Positions 60,231 to 64,000 of a stretch of 64,000 nucleotides of DNA are shown here, in pieces. A program made the position numbers and the translations under genes. Source of the stretch: an uncultured delta proteobacterium. Its GTDB lineage: Bacteria > Desulfobacterota > Binatia > UBA9968. Location of the stretch: assembly GCA_963771465.1 (NCBI GenBank), contig CAVYTU010000005.1, positions 59,957 to 123,956 on the forward strand, in the 5' to 3' direction. The notes under the pieces are model-generated. The model saw only the letters and a program-made list of their open reading frames with translations. It had not been told where the DNA came from and searched no databases. The first letter of the stretch is position 1. Every line of letters starts with the position of its first letter.

Positions 60231-60273
60231 CCGTCTTCGGTGCCGTTTCACAGGATAGCTTAAACACCGAGTC

Positions 60274-62076
60274 ATGATTACCCAGGAAAAAATCGCCGAG
60301 ATTCGTAACCGCGCCTCCATCGTTGAGGTGGTTTCGGATTACGTCACGCTCAAGAAAGCCGGGCGTAATCATATGGGTCTGTGTCCGTTTCACGCCGAGA
60401 AAAGCCCGTCGTTTACCGTGAGCGAGGAGAAGGGGATATACCACTGCTTCGGCTGCCACGCCGGCGGCAGCGTTTTTCACTTTCTCATGCAGTACGATCA
60501 CTTGAGCTTTCCCGAGTCGGTGGAACGGGTGGCCAAACGCTATGGCATTACCATCGAGCGAAATGAGCGTGCCGGCGCGTCCAAAGACTATGGCGAGCGG
60601 GAAAATCTCTATCGGGTCAATGAGCAGGCGGCGGCCAATTATCACAAAATGCTCTTCAGCCATCCCGAGGGAAGACGGGCATTCGAGTATCTTAAAGCGA
60701 GAGGCGTCGACGAAGCGACGGCGCGGAAATATCAGCTCGGCTACGCGCCGCAAACCGGCTCGGGATTGTTGGCGCTTTTGAAAAAAGAAAATATTACACA
60801 CAATGACGCGCTTCGCCTGGGTCTGATCGGCCAGCGCGGGCCGCAACAGTATCATGAGAAATTTTTCGCCCGCGTGATGTTTCCCATCGTCAATCCGGCG
60901 GGCAAGGTGGTTGGTTTCGGCGGCCGCGTGCTCGATCAAGGCATGCCCAAGTATCTTAACTCGAGCGAGACGCCGCTGTTTCATAAGGGCTCGACTCTCT
61001 ACGGTTTGTACCAAGCCAAAGAAGGCATTCGTCAGGCCGACCGGGTGCTGGTGGTTGAGGGTTATCTCGACGCCATCGCTCTGGCGCAATTCGGCGTCGC
61101 TTATTCCGTCGCCACATTGGGGACGGCGCTGACCGTCGAACATGTGCGCGCCTTGTCGCGCTATACCAAAAACATTATCGCCTTGTTCGATGGCGACGAT
61201 GCCGGTCTTAAAGCGGCGGCGCGTAGTTTTGAGATTTTCATCGAAGCCGGCATGCTCGGGCGCGCGGCGTTTTTGCCCAAGGGCGAAGATCCCGACACAT
61301 TTATCCGCGCCAAGGGCAAAACCGCGCTAGAAACTATTTTAGATCAAGCGGTGCCGTTGGCCGATTTTTATTTCTCCTGGCTCGAACAACGCCACGGTAA
61401 AAGCTTGGAAGGCAAGAGCCAAATCGCCGGCGAAATCAGCCGGCTGTTGGCGAAAGTTACCAATCCGTTCGAGGTCGATTTATTGGCGCGCCGAGCCGTG
61501 GATATGTTGGGTATTCGCGAAGAACTCTTGCGCCGGCCGGCAAGCCTCACCCCTGGATTTAGGCCCACATCGTCGTCACCTCGGCCGCTGCCGCCGCCCA
61601 ACGGCGACAATCGCGATGACGTTGCTGAACGTACTTTGGTTAGCTTGATGTTGCGCGTGCCGGCGCTGCTCGAACAACTCGCCGGCGACGGCGAGGCGCG
61701 CCAATGGTTTAGCGCCAAATGGCGACCCATTGTTGACGAGATCATTACCGCGTGGCAAGAACTAGGAAATATCGATATAGCCCAACTCGCGCAAACGTTG
61801 CCTGCAGCTTTAGCCAGCGAATTCGCCGCATTGGCACTCGAAGGTGAAAACCTATCGGATAGCGAATGCGCCAAGATGGCCAGCGACTGTCTGGCGTACT
61901 TGAGACGCAAGCATGTCAAAGGCCTAGAGCGCGATCTCCGTATTGCGATCCGTGCCGCCGAAGAGCAAAAAGACGAGCAAGTGAAGAGAGAAAGGATGCT
62001 AGAATGGCAAGACCTCCTCAGAAAAAAACGCCAGCTAGAACGCCCAAGGCCCGAGCCGAAAATCACCATCCGGTAA
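60274..62076 (+). CDS. dnaG: DNA primase
   Basis: [11 protein letters not shown]...CFGC, FGGR, KYLNS, VEGYLD, FDGDDAG, DPD. Confidence 0.97.
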   Translation: MITQEKIAEIRNRASIVEVVSDYVTLKKAGRNHMGLCPFHAEKSPSFTVSEEKGIYHCFGCHAGGSVFHFLMQYDHLSFPESVERVAKRYGITIERNERAGASKDYGERENLYRVNEQAAANYHKMLFSHPEGRRAFEYLKARGVDEATARKYQLGYAPQTGSGLLALLKKENITHNDALRLGLIGQRGPQQYHEKFFARVMFPIVNPAGKVVGFGGRVLDQGMPKYLNSSETPLFHKGSTLYGLYQAKEGIRQADRVLVVEGYLDAIALAQFGVAYSVATLGTALTVEHVRALSRYTKNIIALFDGDDAGLKAAARSFEIFIEAGMLGRAAFLPKGEDPDTFIRAKGKTALETILDQAVPLADFYFSWLEQRHGKSLEGKSQIAGEISRLLAKVTNPFEVDLLARRAVDMLGIREELLRRPASLTPGFRPTSSSPRPLPPPNGDNRDDVAERTLVSLMLRVPALLEQLAGDGEARQWFSAKWRPIVDEIITAWQELGNIDIAQLAQTLPAALASEFAALALEGENLSDSECAKMASDCLAYLRRKHVKGLERDLRIAIRAAEEQKDEQVKRERMLEWQDLLRKKRQLERPRPEPKITIR

Positions 62077-63875
62077 CCAAGCTTAAAGCCGCCTCCGACG
62101 CCGGTCAGCCGGCGGAAAAGAAAAATATGAAGGAGGTCAAAAAGCTCATCGATTTGGGCAAGGAAAAGGGCTACCTCACCTACGATGACGTGAACGATAT
62201 GTTGCCCGCGGAAGTCGTGTCGCCGGACCAGATCGACGACGTCATGTCGATCTTCGGCGAGATGGATATCGAGGTTGTCGACTCCAATCAGCGCGTGAAC
62301 CTGGGCGGCGCCGGCGAAGAACTCGCTGAAGAAGAGGAAGAGGAGAAAGAAGCCGAGAGCGACGTCGACGGCGACGTGGTCGGCAAAACCGGCGATCCGG
62401 TGCGCATGTATTTGCGCGAGATGGGCACGGTGTCGCTGCTTAGCCGCGAGGGCGAAGTCGAGATCGCCAAGAAAATCGAATTTGGCGAAAACAAGGTTAT
62501 CAATGAGGTTCTGACGAGTCCGTTGGCGTTGCGCTACATTCTCGATCTCGGCGAAAAACTGGCCCAGCATGAGATTCGCGTGCGCGAGATCATTAAAGAA
62601 GAAGGCGACGAGGAGAGCGAGAATTTCGAGGACGAAGAGGTTCACGAGAAGCGTCTGCTCGATCAGATCGGCAGGATTCGCCGCACCACCAACGACCGGG
62701 AAAAAATCAAGCGCCAACTCGAGAGCAAGCGCGTCTCGGCGCGGCGGCGCGAAGTGCTTCTGGGTGGCGTCGCCAAGTATAACGATAAGATCATCAATAG
62801 CCTAAAAGACCTTCAGCTCAACCGCAAGCAAACCGAAGCCATCGCCGACGGCCTCAAGCGAGCCATGGAGCGGATGCAAACCATGGAGAGGCGCATCAAA
62901 GACTACGAACACCGAGTGGGCCGACCGACCTCTGAGATTTTGAAGCAGATCACCAACGCCGACGGCAACAAGAAGTACTGGCCCAAGGTGGTCAATTCGT
63001 TTCGCATGGGTCACGACGCGATCCTGAGCATGGCCGAAGAAATTCGCAGCAACCGGCGCGATATTCGCCATATCGAAAAAGACTTGGAGATGCCGGCCGA
63101 AGAAATCAAGCGGCGTGTCTGGTCGATTATCGAAGGGGAGACCAAGGCGAATTTAGCCAAGAAGGAACTGATCGAAGCCAATCTGCGATTGGTCGTCAGC
63201 ATCGCGAAGAAATACACCAACCGCGGCTTGCAGTTTCTCGACCTGATTCAAGAAGGCAATATCGGTCTGATGAAAGCGGTGGACAAGTTCGAGTATCAGC
63301 GCGGCTACAAATTCTCCACCTACGCGACCTGGTGGATTCGCCAGGCGATCACCCGGGCGATCGCCGACCAAGCGCGCACGATTCGAATCCCGGTGCACAT
63401 GATCGAAACGATCAATAAATTGATCCGCACCTCGCGCTACCTGGTCCAGGAGATCGGCCGCGAGCCGACGCCGGAAGAGATCGCCACCAAGATGGAAATC
63501 CCGCTCGACAAGGTGCGCAAGGTTTTAAAGATCGCCAAGGAACCGATCTCACTCGAAACCCCTGTAGGTGAAGAAGAAGACAGTCACTTGGGCGATTTCA
63601 TCGAAGACAAACGGATCATCACGCCGTCAGATGCGGTGGTGAATATCAACTTGCAGGAACAGACGCGCAAGGTGCTGGCAACGCTGACGCCGCGCGAAGA
63701 GCAAGTGTTGCGCATGCGCTTTGGCATCGGCGAAAAATCCGATCACACCTTGGAAGAAGTCGGCCAAAAGTTTACTGTTACGCGCGAACGCATCCGCCAG
63801 ATCGAAGCCAAGGCCCTGCGCAAGCTGCGCCATCCGAGCCGCAGCAAACGGCTCAAGAGTTTCATGGAGAATTAA
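62004..63875 (+). CDS. rpoD: Primary sigma factor sigma70
   Basis: [56 protein letters not shown]; start may instead be near 62127. Confidence 0.97.
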   Translation: MARPPQKKTPARTPKARAENHHPVTKLKAASDAGQPAEKKNMKEVKKLIDLGKEKGYLTYDDVNDMLPAEVVSPDQIDDVMSIFGEMDIEVVDSNQRVNLGGAGEELAEEEEEEKEAESDVDGDVVGKTGDPVRMYLREMGTVSLLSREGEVEIAKKIEFGENKVINEVLTSPLALRYILDLGEKLAQHEIRVREIIKEEGDEESENFEDEEVHEKRLLDQIGRIRRTTNDREKIKRQLESKRVSARRREVLLGGVAKYNDKIINSLKDLQLNRKQTEAIADGLKRAMERMQTMERRIKDYEHRVGRPTSEILKQITNADGNKKYWPKVVNSFRMGHDAILSMAEEIRSNRRDIRHIEKDLEMPAEEIKRRVWSIIEGETKANLAKKELIEANLRLVVSIAKKYTNRGLQFLDLIQEGNIGLMKAVDKFEYQRGYKFSTYATWWIRQAITRAIADQARTIRIPVHMIETINKLIRTSRYLVQEIGREPTPEEIATKMEIPLDKVRKVLKIAKEPISLETPVGEEEDSHLGDFIEDKRIITPSDAVVNINLQEQTRKVLATLTPREEQVLRMRFGIGEKSDHTLEEVGQKFTVTRERIRQIEAKALRKLRHPSRSKRLKSFMEN

Positions 63876-63929
63876 CTTCGCGTCCTTAACCCCGTAACCC
63901 GAAACTCTAAACAAGAAACTATTTCCTTG

Positions 63930-64000
63930 GGGCCCATAGCTCAGTTGGTTAGAGCCACCGGCTCATAACCGGTTGGTCCCTGGTTCGAGTCCAGGTGGGC
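63930..64000 (+). tRNA. tRNA with CAT anticodon, probably tRNA-Ile2 (lysidine); 3' end cut by the window edge
   Basis: GGGCCCA acceptor, TAGCTCAGTTGGTTAGAGC D-arm, CTCATAA loop, GGTTCGAGTCC T-arm; position after rpoD is typical of Ile2. Confidence 0.9.

Noticed and set aside
60100-60274. Absence of mutS2 between cvpA and dnaG as a notable loss
   Set aside because: Gene order here varies between lineages, no remnant is visible, and the gene may be elsewhere.
61368-62717. Long antisense ORFs (e.g. 61368-62717, 60211-61143, 32206-33300, 29069-30274)
   Set aside because: Shadow ORFs opposite well-conserved genes in GC-rich DNA, with no recognisable motifs.
63930-64000. tRNA-Met (initiator or elongator)
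   Set aside because: It lacks the initiator's C1 mismatch and GGG/CCC anticodon stem. Sequence and position after rpoD fit Ile2 better, though elongator Met is not fully excluded.

Overview
GC-rich bacterial chromosomal segment. The gene order (xseA-M23-xseB...ispA-dxs-tlyA; rpsU-yqeY-cvpA-dnaG-rpoD-tRNA) and the many orphan NitT/TauT-type binding proteins, cupins, amidohydrolases and CoA enzymes suggest a deltaproteobacteria-like lineage such as Candidatus Binatia (inference). 1-36.6 kb is accessory catabolism: solute-binding proteins, the methylcitrate cycle, AcuI, a tandem CoA-transferase, crotonases and an acyl-CoA dehydrogenase. 39.6-54.0 kb is a carotenoid/photoprotection island between xseB and ispA. 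The rest is housekeeping. About a dozen genes have single-base frameshifts, probably uncorrected long-read indels. Main observations: (1) a GST missed by the ORF track, with an in-frame UGA at the catalytic Cys position (U-P-Y-A) followed by a SECIS-like hairpin; (2) a four-helix-bundle (IVS/Avd-like) gene enclosed by 40-bp inverted repeats built of 7-mers, plus many gene-less hairpins of 7-9-mer tandem units at gene junctions; (3) a CarH-type B12 photoreceptor domain fused to a C-terminal XRE HTH at the head of a crt operon that also holds a ketosynthase-methyltransferase-flavoprotein cassette.
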